In this document: piece by piece, positions 1-26,253 of the stretch
Layout: each line of letters starts with the position of its first letter
Numbering within the stretch: position 1 is the stretch's first letter
NCBI GenBank assembly: GCA_963693365.1
Contig: CAVNZM010000016.1
Location: 2,529,984-2,593,983 of the forward strand
Length of the DNA: 64,000 bases
Source: Amoebidium appalachense
Taxonomy: Eukaryota > Protista > Ichthyosporea
Reading direction: 5' to 3'
Made by a program: the position numbers and the translations under genes
Notes under the pieces: generated by a model
Databases searched by the model: none
What the model was told of the DNA's origin: nothing
What the model saw: the letters and a program-made list of their open reading frames with translations, nothing else

Positions 1-215
1 GGGATTTGTGCGTATGTTAGGTGTGTCTGTGTGTCTGCTGGCGTGGGTGTGTGGGTGTGTGTGTATGCGCTGATGTGTCTGTGTCTCTGTGTACGTGCGT
101 GTATGTGTGAGTGTCATGAATAGTCATCCCCCCTCCCCCCCCCCCCCCCTCATCCCTCCAAACTCACAAGCACACACACATACATGCACACACACATATA
201 CACATGCATACCCCC

Positions 216-248
<33 letters not shown>

Positions 249-450
249 ACACACACACACATTCACACGCACACACAGACACATACCCCTACTTACCCAC
301 CCACCCACACCCACACACCCACCCGTGCACCCGCCCCCCACGCCCACACTCACACACCCACATGCATCCACCCCCCCCCCCCCCCCCCCCTCCTCCACAC
401 ACCCACACCCCTACCCACACACACACACACACACGCACACACACACACAG

Positions 451-14454
<14,004 letters not shown>

Positions 14455-14858
14455 ACCAACCCCATTGGCTCTCTGTCACGTGACAACTCACTACGATGTC
14501 ACCATTGGTCAAGTCATGGCGGAAAACGACGGGGGATTGGTTTTTGGAAAAACTCCTCCCTAATTTTTTATTTTTTATTTTATTTATTTATTTATTTATT
14601 TATTTTTTTTTTTTTTTTTTTTTTTGATGCTGTGTTTCACCAAGACACTGTATATGAAGTCATGTGCGTAGGTTTCTGGATCCACGTTTGGTCTTTTTTC
14701 ATGCCTTCTTTTTTTTTTTTTTTGGATTGATGACTTGATATCCAATAGCAGTATTGACCATTTATTCCAACTTTTTTTTTAATGTTTTCTAGAAACTATA
14801 TATAGTTTCATGCTCCTCTTATCCTAGTCATGGGTTCGAAAATACGGTAAAAGTCGCA

Positions 14859-14936
<78 letters not shown>

Positions 14937-14986
14937 TACACGAACACACACACACATACACACACTCACTCACTCACACACACACG

Positions 14987-15024
<38 letters not shown>

Positions 15025-15027
15025 GTG

Positions 15028-15060
<33 letters not shown>

Positions 15061-15784
15061 CACACATGCACACATGCACACATCCACTTTTCTTTTTTCT
15101 TTTTTCTTTTCTTTTTTTTTTTTTTTGGGGGGGGGGGGGGGGAGGGGGGGGAAGGGGGGGAGGGGGGAGGGGGGAGGGGGGGGGAGGGGGGAAACCATGT
15201 GCTGTTAATGTCAAGCCTGATTCCTTACAGTTGCACCATGTCGTTTGCTCTTTTTGTTCCCTTTCTTCGGGTTTCCTTTTATGACTCGCGCCCTAGCTCG
15301 TATTGTTTCAAATAAAGTTCGGAATGTTTCTCGAGGGTTCTCGATGACCTATAATAGACTTACTTGCACGAAGGCGAATGGACATATATTATGAGCTCAT
15401 TATGACATGTATTGCTCTGCATATCATGTGTAGTAGGTGTCTGTGATATTGTAGGTCAAATGTTAAACTGAACCGAACTTCAAGTCACAGATTTGTGTTT
15501 GTGGATCACCTGGCTTGGCACCTACAATAGTTATCTACAATACATACATCATATATATTTAACGATTATAGTATTGCTGCGTGTTTCACATCTAGCTCGA
15601 TCCCCCCCCCCCCCCCCCCCCCCCCCCCCACCACCAAACACACACACACAAACACACGCGCACACACACACCTTTTTCCATCCCTCCCTCCCTTGCGGCC
15701 TCAATTGCACCTGGACCCTCGAATCCGGATCCCTCCCTCTCTTTCTCTGCCCCCTCCGAGTGAATTCTTTCTCTCTCTTTTAAA

Positions 15785-15816
15785 TCTCTCTCTCTCTCTC
15801 TCCCTCCCTCCCTCCT

Positions 15817-15863
<47 letters not shown>

Positions 15864-15905
15864 TCTCCCTCTCTCCCTCTCTCTCTTTCACACACACACT
15901 CTCTC

Positions 15906-15955
<50 letters not shown>

Positions 15956-16011
15956 CTCTAGCTCTCTCTCTCTCTCCCTCCCCCCCTCCCCCCTCTCTCT
16001 AGCTCTCTCTC

Positions 16012-16080
<69 letters not shown>

Positions 16081-16166
16081 AGCTCTCTCTCTCTCTCTCC
16101 CTCCCCCCCCCCTCTCTCTCTAGCTCTCTCTCTCTCTCTCTCTCTCTCCCCCAGGCCTCTCTCGCT

Positions 16167-16260
<94 letters not shown>

Positions 16261-16275
16261 CTCTCTCTCCCTCCA

Positions 16276-16307
<32 letters not shown>

Positions 16308-16311
16308 ACTC

Positions 16312-16363
<52 letters not shown>

Positions 16364-16369
16364 CCAGGC

Positions 16370-16401
<32 letters not shown>

Positions 16402-16520
16402 CTATCTAGCTCTCCCTCTCCCTCTCCTCTCCCTCCCTCCCTCTCTCCCCCTCCCCCCTCTCTCCCTCTGTTTTCTGTTTCTCCCCCTCTCTCACCCTCC
16501 CTCTCTCTTTCTCTCTAGAT
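15785..16520. repeat. (CT)n / poly-C compound microsatellite block downstream of PARN
   Basis: Direct observation. Confidence 0.95.
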
Positions 16521-17062
16521 ATATCTCTTTCCTCCTTCTCCATCACCTCTCTCAATCGCTCTTCCCCCCCTTCGCCCATACACACACGCGCACACACTCG
16601 TGTATCGACATCATGATGTCCATCATGATCACATGCAAACTTGAAGAGTAGTCAGGTATCAGTGAACACAGTGTCACACGCACACACACGCAATGTTTGT
16701 TTTGACTCTTCTGGAGCTTTGACGTCATTGAAATGCATTCCAATGTAGAAAGTGTGGATAAGAAATCACGGCCATCTAGAAACACCCTAGATGGCCGTGA
16801 TAAGAAATATATAGGAAGAACCAATCACGTTGCAGTTGGACTCCTTACAATGCTGAGGACAAATTCATAGAATCGAATTCAATTGAAAAAGGAAAATTTT
16901 CTTTGCTTACAGACTGAGAAAGGAGCTAAACCACACAGCTTATATTTTTTCCTATTCTGGCGAATTTAGATTTCCAAAACTAGAATCTACATTTTTGTAC
17001 GTATTATAAACAGACGGGTATCACAAGCCGCGGAGCCACGAGCTCCGGATATCGATATAAAG

Positions 17063-17287
17063 CAGGGTGTGAAATTTGTTTTTGGCTGGTGCCATTTTGG
17101 TAACTTTCCACCAGCCTGGATGGCCCTAACAGAGCCAACAACCGTTTTTGGGTGTATTCCCCGATATATTTGGCTCTGTTAGGGCCAATTTTTGAAAAAT
17201 TGATGACCTAACCTTAAAAAGGTAGGGACAATTTTCGGACTTTCAAGGGCAATCTTCTGGCCCTAAACCCCCTAATTTCACAGCCTG
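17063..17287. mobile_element. Candidate MITE with hAT-like CAGG termini, ~225 bp
   Basis: Terminal inverted repeats CAGGGTGTGAAATT / AATTTCACAGCCTG (13 of 14 match); internal inverted pair TGGCCCTAACAGAGCCAA / TTGGCTCTGTTAGGGCCA; no clean target-site duplication. Confidence 0.5.
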
Positions 17288-17639
17288 ATTTTGAAGGGCG
17301 CGTTTGCGCAAGTGTCGCAAGTTGCGCAAGGCGTTTAGGCAAGTTACACTTTTTTCTTTTAAGTAGGTATATTCAACCAAGAGAGGTATGAGCATGCACG
17401 GAATAATTAGAAGGCAAGAGAGTTACTTTACGAGTTAGCCTAAGGTATACCTCAAGATACATGAACACAAAACACACTGTAACACAATATGAAAAATACA
17501 TGATTCAAATCTTTGTCCAGCATTGCTGCTCAGTACACACATATTGAGAGGTTTTGGGGGAGCATTGACACCAACCTAATTAGAGCCAATAAACAATTAG
17601 GATCTAGTATAAGGCGCATACATGTTTGGTTGTGAATCA

Positions 17640-18600
17640 GTGGTGACGTCAAGAGTAGATGAGCGAATGAGCGACGCCGCTGGCATGATTTGGAATTTGA
17701 CAGGACCATTCCATGCGCTTCTAAGACAAGTAAAGGCTGCAGAAATCACGCTTGTTTTTTGATTATAAAACAAATACGGAACTATTTATAGTTTATGTTT
17801 TTGTTGTTTTTCCCTTTGATAGTGACTTGTCTCTGGCGAGCGTTACAATAAACGAGTTGACTCGAAGAATCAGCACTACTCTAAATGACTTGAATCTGTA
17901 TTTTAGAGTCATTTGGTTAGATACGCTATTCTGATTGGCTCGAAGTTGATTACACAGCTGATTGGTCGAAAGACACCATGCTCCCGCCAATCGGCGACTG
18001 TTTAAATTCAATTGTTGATTGGTGGAACTGCAAAGCACTAATTGCGATTCCTCTGGATCTCCTTGGTCATCTGATACATGCAGAGCCTCCTCACTGTTGT
18101 TAGCTTCAGCGCAGATTATTTGACTGCAACATTTATTCTGAAACTTTCTTTCTTACACATGAGCAGGTTTGAAATTATATACTTCGTATCTGGACGTACT
18201 GTCGCGGTCCTTTGACGTCAGCAAGCAGCATCTGAATCAGACTGAATTTCAATAAAGGCAATGGTGATTGGCGGATCTGAGCGATTCAGCAGCCTGGTAT
18301 GTGCATGTGTGTAATCCGGGGTGTGAATTCACGTCACAATCAGTACTGAGTAGGTGACACTGAGTTGACAACATTGGTCACACAAAAAAGGCTGAATTAT
18401 ATATGTAATAACACCTATATCTAATGTTTCTGCATCCATATTAATTATAGTTAGTTATTTCTATCCACGAGGTAGCTAAGTCACGGTGTCCTGGACCTCG
18501 CCAAGTTCTCAGTGGGGCAGCCTGGAGGCTGGCAGCCCCTGCCCCGCCCAGGCAGATCTAAATTTAGAATTCAGTGTCTCCGCCAATCACAACGGTTTAT
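17640..18600 (+). promoter_or_regulatory. Promoter/enhancer-like region upstream of the Zn-cluster-like gene, with multiple CCAAT boxes and CRE sites
   Basis: TGACGTCA at ~17644 and ~18213; GATTGG/CCAATC at ~17933, 17960, 17987, 18017, 18266, 18583; region is free of microsatellites. Confidence 0.45.
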
Positions 18601-18796
18601 CCAGTTACAAATTTGTGTAGTCATAGATCATTGAATAGCAGGGCAGATAAGCTGGCGCCGTCCAAAAGTTCACTACAGTATCCTAGTCGTTTTATTTGCC
18701 TTTGGCAGTGTTGTTGTGGTAGTTTCGTACAGTTTTCATGGACAAGCAGTCTTCACAATTCTTTTCCTACCTCACAACCCACCCATACTTAGCAAA

Positions 18797-19828
18797 ATGG
18801 ACCCTATGGAAATGGAGGGTAGTTACAGCGATCTCGAGACACTACCCCACACGCACCAACACACAACAGCACACAACACACCAGACATCGAAAGCTTAAG
18901 CGTAGACACATGTACACTCGACGAAAACGCACACGAGCAGACACACTATGAGACAAGAAAGAAAAGAAGAAACTCACGCTCAGAATCTGTTATAGGGCGG
19001 CGGGCTGTAAGCTGCCTATACTGCCGTTCACTGCACGTGAAGTGTGATGGGTCACGAAGCGATTGCGCAAAAGCACAAGTAACAAAGCGAACCCCACGAA
19101 ATATCACAACGAGGAAACTAGCACCGGCACAAACACATACGGGAATGTTTTCATTCCCTTTGCCAGCTAACCCTCTACAACCCATCACCGTTCCTTCCTT
19201 TCCCCCCTCCGCACATGCGTCAAAGGTGCGTCGTCAAAGGAGGTCTGAGCCATGCATTCGTTCACTTTCCCTCATGACGTTTATGCAATCTGGCACAGAT
19301 GTGTGCGGGCGGTCGTCCTCTGTGCAACTGGGCGGCTTTTCCCCCGACTACCACCCCATGCCTGCATCCTCACCCCAGTCACCGCAATCATTCACCGCAT
19401 TTGAATCGCACAAGGTCGAGATGAGAAAGCGGAGGGGCTCGTTCGATTCCATTGACACCTCGTCAAGCGCAAGAAGTGCTGCGGAATGGAACACGTATTC
19501 CAGCGGCTCATTCCTTGCCCCACCCCCCTTCTCCCCTTATGGGAGTGAGAGCTACAGCCCTAGACCTCAACCTTGGTCTCCCATGTCCACGGATACGGCA
19601 GTTTTGGGTGACTCAGCTCAGCGCGCATCGTCGTTTATGATTGCGGACGTGTTCCCTGATGGGTTAAACGTTGCCGTTGTTAACAGAATAGCGGCGAAGG
19701 TGATGGATGTGCAGATGGTGGGGTCTCCCGCACCCACCGGGGAGGGGTTAAAGGTGGAGAGGACGAGCTCAAAGTCGGAGGAAGAGCAAAAGGCAAAGAT
19801 TTGGAGGGCCTTTGATGTACCTATGTAG
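18797..19828 (+). CDS. Single-exon 343-aa putative transcription factor with a partial Zn(II)2Cys6 (GAL4-like) cluster and Ser/Pro-rich low-complexity regions
   Basis: Long non-repetitive ORF; CAAAATG start context; basic patch RKKRR; RRAVSCLYCRSLHVKCDGSRSDCAK matches the first four Cys spacings of the GAL4 motif. Confidence 0.8.
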   Translation: MDPMEMEGSYSDLETLPHTHQHTTAHNTPDIESLSVDTCTLDENAHEQTHYETRKKRRNSRSESVIGRRAVSCLYCRSLHVKCDGSRSDCAKAQVTKRTPRNITTRKLAPAQTHTGMFSFPLPANPLQPITVPSFPPSAHASKVRRQRRSEPCIRSLSLMTFMQSGTDVCGRSSSVQLGGFSPDYHPMPASSPQSPQSFTAFESHKVEMRKRRGSFDSIDTSSSARSAAEWNTYSSGSFLAPPPFSPYGSESYSPRPQPWSPMSTDTAVLGDSAQRASSFMIADVFPDGLNVAVVNRIAAKVMDVQMVGSPAPTGEGLKVERTSSKSEEEQKAKIWRAFDVPM

Positions 19829-21209
19829 TTTCTTAGGTATATTATCACTACTAGTATGGGTAGTGGGGATATCTTACTATCTGGGGCACTAAGTAACGCA
19901 TGAGCCGGTCAGAGGCAGTTATAATATGTATGTAAGTATGAATGTGTCCATATTTGGTGGCCTTTGGCGGGATGCTTAAATATTAGGTTGGAATTGCAGT
20001 ATACAGTTAGGTAGTGGTGGGTTGAATGGAAAACCTGAGATGCCGACCAGTATATGATACCAACAATACGAACGTGTAAAGATGATCTGATGCCATAATG
20101 ATTGCTGTTGGAATGCTATTTAGATGTAATATTTGTATGCACATTCTCTGCGGGCAGGGAGTGTAGTGCAATCAAGGCCTCCTATTGTAAATAGGGAGGC
20201 CTTGAGTGCAACACACCGAGGTGGGTCTGGTACCCCTATGGTTTCTAAAATTGTCATAAAACGAAAAAGGATCTTGCAGGAAAACTTTGTCGTGTAAACC
20301 GGGGTTGGCAGACTGACCCCGTGTGCAAAGCTGTAATTTCAAAGTCTTCTTTTCCCTCATGTGTATTATAAAGCTACACAACAGCTTACACACGTCTCGT
20401 TTTCCTCTTTACTCTGGGCACCTTCAACATTCACAAAACCGCGCGTATGTACATCATAACCTCATGCTCGTGTTTTGAGCTTGAATGCTTCACCGTGAGT
20501 TGTGCGTGATCTACCATAGCCTGCAAACCTCCCTCTCCCCTCCGATAGCGCGATGATGTGATCCCCCCCCCCCCCCCCCTCCCCCCTCCCCCCCCGCCCC
20601 CACCCTCCCCGCCTTCCCCCCACACCCCCACCCCCACCCTCATACACACCCACCCACCCATCCACCCACCCACCATCCGCGACGGTCCCCTCTCTATAGC
20701 GATGGGTCCCTCGTGCTTGATGCTAGTTTGTTTTTATGACCAGTGTTTGTAGCGGCCATCTCCCCCTTCGTTCGACCCATAAGCACACTATGCAGGGATA
20801 ATACCACACAGAAAGCTGCAGCCGCTTCTACTGTGTGTTTTTGTAAATGAATCTATATACCTATCATCATGCCAGAACGTGTGTTCAAAAAACAGAAAAA
20901 GGAACTCAAGCTGCAGGGACTCAACTCATGATTGTCAAGCCCGAGGTAGTGATTGCGCAAACCCTCTGGCACGATATTTTGTTTGCAATTTCCAGCCCTT
21001 GTGTAATTTTCGGTGAATTGCTAAAGACTCCAACGCACCAATCATGCCACATCCTAATATCCTCCTTGCGTTCACACAGTCGCGCTCTTTTTTCTTTTTT
21101 TTTTTTGCCTCCATGTAAGAAGCGAAGTACCTGTTTCGTTTCGTTACTTCTATAGCAGGTGTAACTTCCAGGATAGGTGACTCAATGTTCCAACCGTCGC
21201 ATTGACCAG

Positions 21210-21322
21210 TAGCCGTATATGCTGGTTTTATCAAGCGACCACCGTGAAAAAGGAAATCTGCCTAAATCTTCAAGAATGGTCAGACTCCCCCTCCCCCCCC
21301 TCCCCCCCATCCTCCCCCCTCC

Positions 21323-21353
<31 letters not shown>

Positions 21354-22226
21354 CACCACCACCACCACCACCACCACCACCGCTACCAACACCCACCACC
21401 ACCACCACCACCACCACCACCACCGCTACCAACACCCACCACCACCACCACCGCTATCAACACCACAACAACCACCACCACCACCCCCATCACCTTTTCT
21501 TACCGCCTAAAGCCACTTCGGAATACAAAAACACGCCTGCACATAACCAAGCACAAGGCTTTGTGTCAGGGAGGGGGCCTCTAAATACCGCCCCACCCCC
21601 CCTCCCTTCCCCTCTCTCTCCGCCTGGTCCCCTGCTGAGGCCCCACCCCACAATAACTAGGCACAGGTGCACCTGTTCTTTTCTGCGCTCAATTTTAAGC
21701 GCAAAACGACACAAGGCCATCATGGCATCACACATACAAACTAGAGTAGGGGTGGGCTGACACACACCACACAGGCAGGAGTACGCAGTGCTACACACAC
21801 GCACGCACACATTTACCTTATGAGTCTATAAAGCATTTGCCATCTCCTCCCACCGTTCCAACCATGCATCTCATCTCATCACTGGTTCTTTGCTTGTCTG
21901 TTTTCGCCACCAAGCATACGTAGTGCCAGCTATCACTCACCTCTGCAACCGCTAGCTTGGTGTCTCTCCTATCTGCTTAGCTTGTGTGTTTTCTCCATGT
22001 CATCCCTCCTTTTTTCCTGCTGAGACCACATCTTTGTTCTTTCGCCACGCATCCAACCACAGCTACACACCTACACCTTTAAGTACTTGCGTCACTCTCT
22101 TTCTTTATGCTCAAATCTCTCCCCTTGTCCCTCTTCATCTCTGCTTCACCTTGCCCCTTGTCGGATCTGTGTTTTTGCGAGGACTAAGTTCAACCCCTTA
22201 CAGTAGAACGCGCGCACGTGAGCACA

Positions 22227-22260
<34 letters not shown>

Positions 22261-22308
22261 ACATACACACACACACACATGTGCGCGCGCACACACACAC
22301 ACATACAC

Positions 22309-22370
<62 letters not shown>

Positions 22371-24125
22371 CACACACACACACACACACATGCACACACG
22401 CACGCACTAACACAAGCACCCCCACACACACACATCACCTCGCCTCGTGGATTCCTTCCCCCCCTATGTTCAGTCTTTAACCTCTTTCGGCTTTACTCGA
22501 TCTTATCCCTCCGACCCCTTCCTCCCTTAATCTATAAATCTCGCTGCCCTTTCAGTTTTTTTCCCCCCTTGCACGTCGCTCTACCCCACTCTTCCTTCCC
22601 TGCTGTTTTCTCATTAGAACCCCCCTCCCCCTGTCTCTTTCCCTCTAACCCCCCCCCCCCCCTCTCTCTACCTCCATCTCTCTCTCTCTCTACCTCCATC
22701 TCTCTCTCTCTCTCCCCCCCCCCTCCCCCCCGGCCCCTTTGCCCCATACCACACTCCCGTTTTTCTGTCACACATTACCCCAAGGCGTAATAAAACACCC
22801 TCTTAGCTCGTGCCTTTCCTCTCCTTAACTTTTCGGTCCATCCCTCTTCCCCTCCCTTTTTCCCAATTATTTCCCTTTATTATTTTTCCTCCTCCTCAGA
22901 AACCTTTGCCTTCCCCGCTCCCCCCCCCACCCCACCCCCCTCTTCCCCTCCCCCTTCTTTCCCTGAGGATTTCTGGGACACACACATGCATGCACTTCTA
23001 AAACCATTTTTTGTACCTGGTGTTCTGCTCGTGTCTAAGGCCCTCTCATGCTGGTTGTATCCCCCCCCCCCCCCCCCCCCCCCCCGGGGTGGGTCAAATC
23101 TCATATTTTCCCCTCTGATTGCGAATTCTGCGGCCTTCGGGACTTAATTCTTTTCAGCTGGTGTAGTATGTTACCCAGGGAAGTATCGACTTAGGTATCG
23201 ACGGGGGAGCTTCCTAGAAGCCCCGTCTCCTGAGTTCCTATCTATATTTTTCTTGCTTCTGCTTATTGCTGCAACTTTAACCCCCGGCCTTTCCCACTGC
23301 CCTTGCCTGCATAAGCAACCCTGCTCGTCTCTGATCAAGACGGGTGACCTACTCATGTTCAATTGAAACAGTATCTGAGTTGGGTTTCGTTAACGAGGGG
23401 AATAGGTCGAAACTCGGGTACTGTGGATGACGTGGGCCCCCACTGAGGATGGGCTCTGCTTATTATGCATACTCTTTATGTATGGCTTGCATTCTGCATC
23501 GTGTTATCCGTTTGTTCTTGTGTACTTCGTACTTTTTGACGCATTCAAACCCCCCCCCCCCTGCCTGCATCAAAACAAAAACAAAAAAAAAACCTTGATG
23601 GGCTCTGCCCATTGTGCGTTCTTTTTATGTGCTGTTGCATTTTGCATTGCGTTGTCCTTTGTGAATGTGTATTTCGTTCTCTATGTGCCTTCAACACAGC
23701 CCCCCCCTCCCCTCAGACGCAGTTGATGACTTGGGTCCTCCCTGAGGATGGGCTCTGCTTATCTGTGCACATGGCTGATGTTGCATACTTGAATGTTTGC
23801 CTTTGCATGTGTCGTGCACCATGCTTCTCGTCGTGTATGCGTACTTCGTACTGTGTTCCGCATTCAAACCCCCCCCCCCCCCCTCCCCCCCGTGGACTCG
23901 CCTATTGCTGTTGAAACATAGTATGGGTTGGGAATCATGTGCGAGAGGTTAAAGAGCCGAAACCCATGCTTTTTTGGAGGCATAGGAACCCCCTGATGAT
24001 GGGCTCTGTTCAAGTGTTTTCTGCCTGCACGCATAAATCGTTTGATTTTGGTTTTCCCACTTTTGTGACGTTTTGTTGTTGCTCTTTGTTGTCTCCTCCA
24101 TATATCCAACCCTCTAACTCATACA

Positions 24126-24163
<38 letters not shown>

Positions 24164-24238
24164 TTTGGAAGGCATGGGAACCTCCCAGATAATGAGCTCT
24201 GTTCAAGTGTTGTCTGCCTGCATTTTTTATTTTTTTTT

Positions 24239-24269
<31 letters not shown>

Positions 24270-24778
24270 GAGGGGGGAGGGGGGGGAGGGGGGAAGGGGG
24301 GAGGGGAGCACCAAGGAGGTTTGGTTTCTGGGTTTTTTTGTTGTTGTTGTTGTTGTTGTTGTGATATTTGTGTTGTGTCTTCTGATGTCTCCTCCATCAC
24401 ATTTCCGACCCGTCAATGCATTCATCATTATCTCTTCAACCCCCCCCCCCCCCCCCCCCCCCCTCCTCCCCCCCAACCCAACCAAACCAAACCAACCTCC
24501 CGACCCCCGCCCACCCACCCACCCACGCACAACGCCGGGGTCACACATAAAACCTTCTTCCTCTCACCAGTGTGTTTCATTTATTTGTGCTTTCATTTGT
24601 TATTTTTTTTAGTCTTTGGGGTGTGTGTGGGGGGACGGGGGGGGAGGAGGGGGGATGTATTTAAATGAAATTACAGTCACGCGTCCAACTTCCTTGCCTG
24701 TTATGTTTACGGTGTGCTTTCATCTGTTGGATTTTGTATTCCGGTTTAAAAATATTGGCTCTAACCACGGTCACATCC

Positions 24779-24815
<37 letters not shown>

Positions 24816-25011
24816 CACACACACACACACAAACACACACAAACACACACACACACATTCAATACCCCAACACAGGCAGAGGCAGCATCTGTTGATCTTT
24901 CGTCCGTTCCCGGCCAGGTCGGAACGTTGGTTATTGGTCCGGATGGCAACGTGTATTCGGTTAGTTCCCCCCCCCCCCCCCCCCCCCCCCCCCCAAACGC
25001 ATTCAAACCCC

Positions 25012-25104
<93 letters not shown>

Positions 25105-25535
25105 AGAATGAAATGAAATGAAAAGAAAGAAAGACGGGTTACCCACTTAAGTTCATGCTGTGCTGACTGAGTTGTCTTTTGCGCGTGATGTATATGGATT
25201 GAAACTCGGATGGTGTGGATGACTTGGGCCCCCCCCAGAGTTTTCTCTGCTTATGATACCTCTTTCCGTGTAAAACGTTATATGCCCCCCCTCCCCCCCC
25301 CCTCCCTTCCCTCGCCCTCCCCACCCCTACAACCTCCCGCCACCCCACACACAAGCACGCACACACGAACACATTTTCTTCTAACTGCCCCCCCCCCCCC
25401 CACACACACACACACACACACACACAGGCCACAGGGGAGCTGTCCGATAGCCAGCACACACACACTGTGCAGGGGTTGCTTCACGACACTTCGAAGATTC
25501 TCAAGACAGATCCGTTTAAGAGAATAACATGTAAG

Positions 25536-25598
<63 letters not shown>

Positions 25599-25627
25599 CC
25601 ACCACCATCATCACCACCACCAACACA

Positions 25628-25705
<78 letters not shown>

Positions 25706-26209
25706 TGCGCGCCTGCGCATACACACCTCCCCCACCCCTCCCACCCCCCTCCCCCCTCTCTTCCGTCCTTACCCTCGTCCCTTCTCTCAAACCAACCTCG
25801 TATCTACCATTTTGGGCCCGATCGAGGTTGATCCGATCGGGGATTTCAAATGGGCCTGGCACGGCTTGGGAATCTCTCGAATCTATCGACCACTTTTACG
25901 CCACCCCTCGATTGCGTAAATATGATCGACAGATTCGAGAGGTTCATAGGCCGCACCAGGCCCATTCGAAATCCTCGATCGGAGCAACCTCGATCGTGTC
26001 CCAAATGGTAGATACGTGGGTTGGTTTAACCCGGAGGACGTTGGGCCCCCCTGAGGATGGGCTCGCATATGCATACTCTCTAAGTGTGGTTTGCATTCTG
26101 TGTTGTGTTGTCCATTAGTATTGTGTACTTCGTACTCTTACCCACTCTAACCCCCCCCCCAAAAAAAAAACAAAAAAAAAACGAACAACCAATTGACACA
26201 CACACACAC

Positions 26210-26253
<44 letters not shown>

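Noticed and set aside
18716-18796. Upstream GTG/TTG starts given by the ORF track (also 30891 and 45504)
   Set aside because: Eukaryotic gene context; the downstream ATGs at 18797, 31137 and 45777 are more plausible starts.
23155-23230. tRNA or tRNA-derived head (TGGTGTAGTATGTTA resembles an A box)
   Set aside because: No GTTCRA B box at the proper distance and no cloverleaf.
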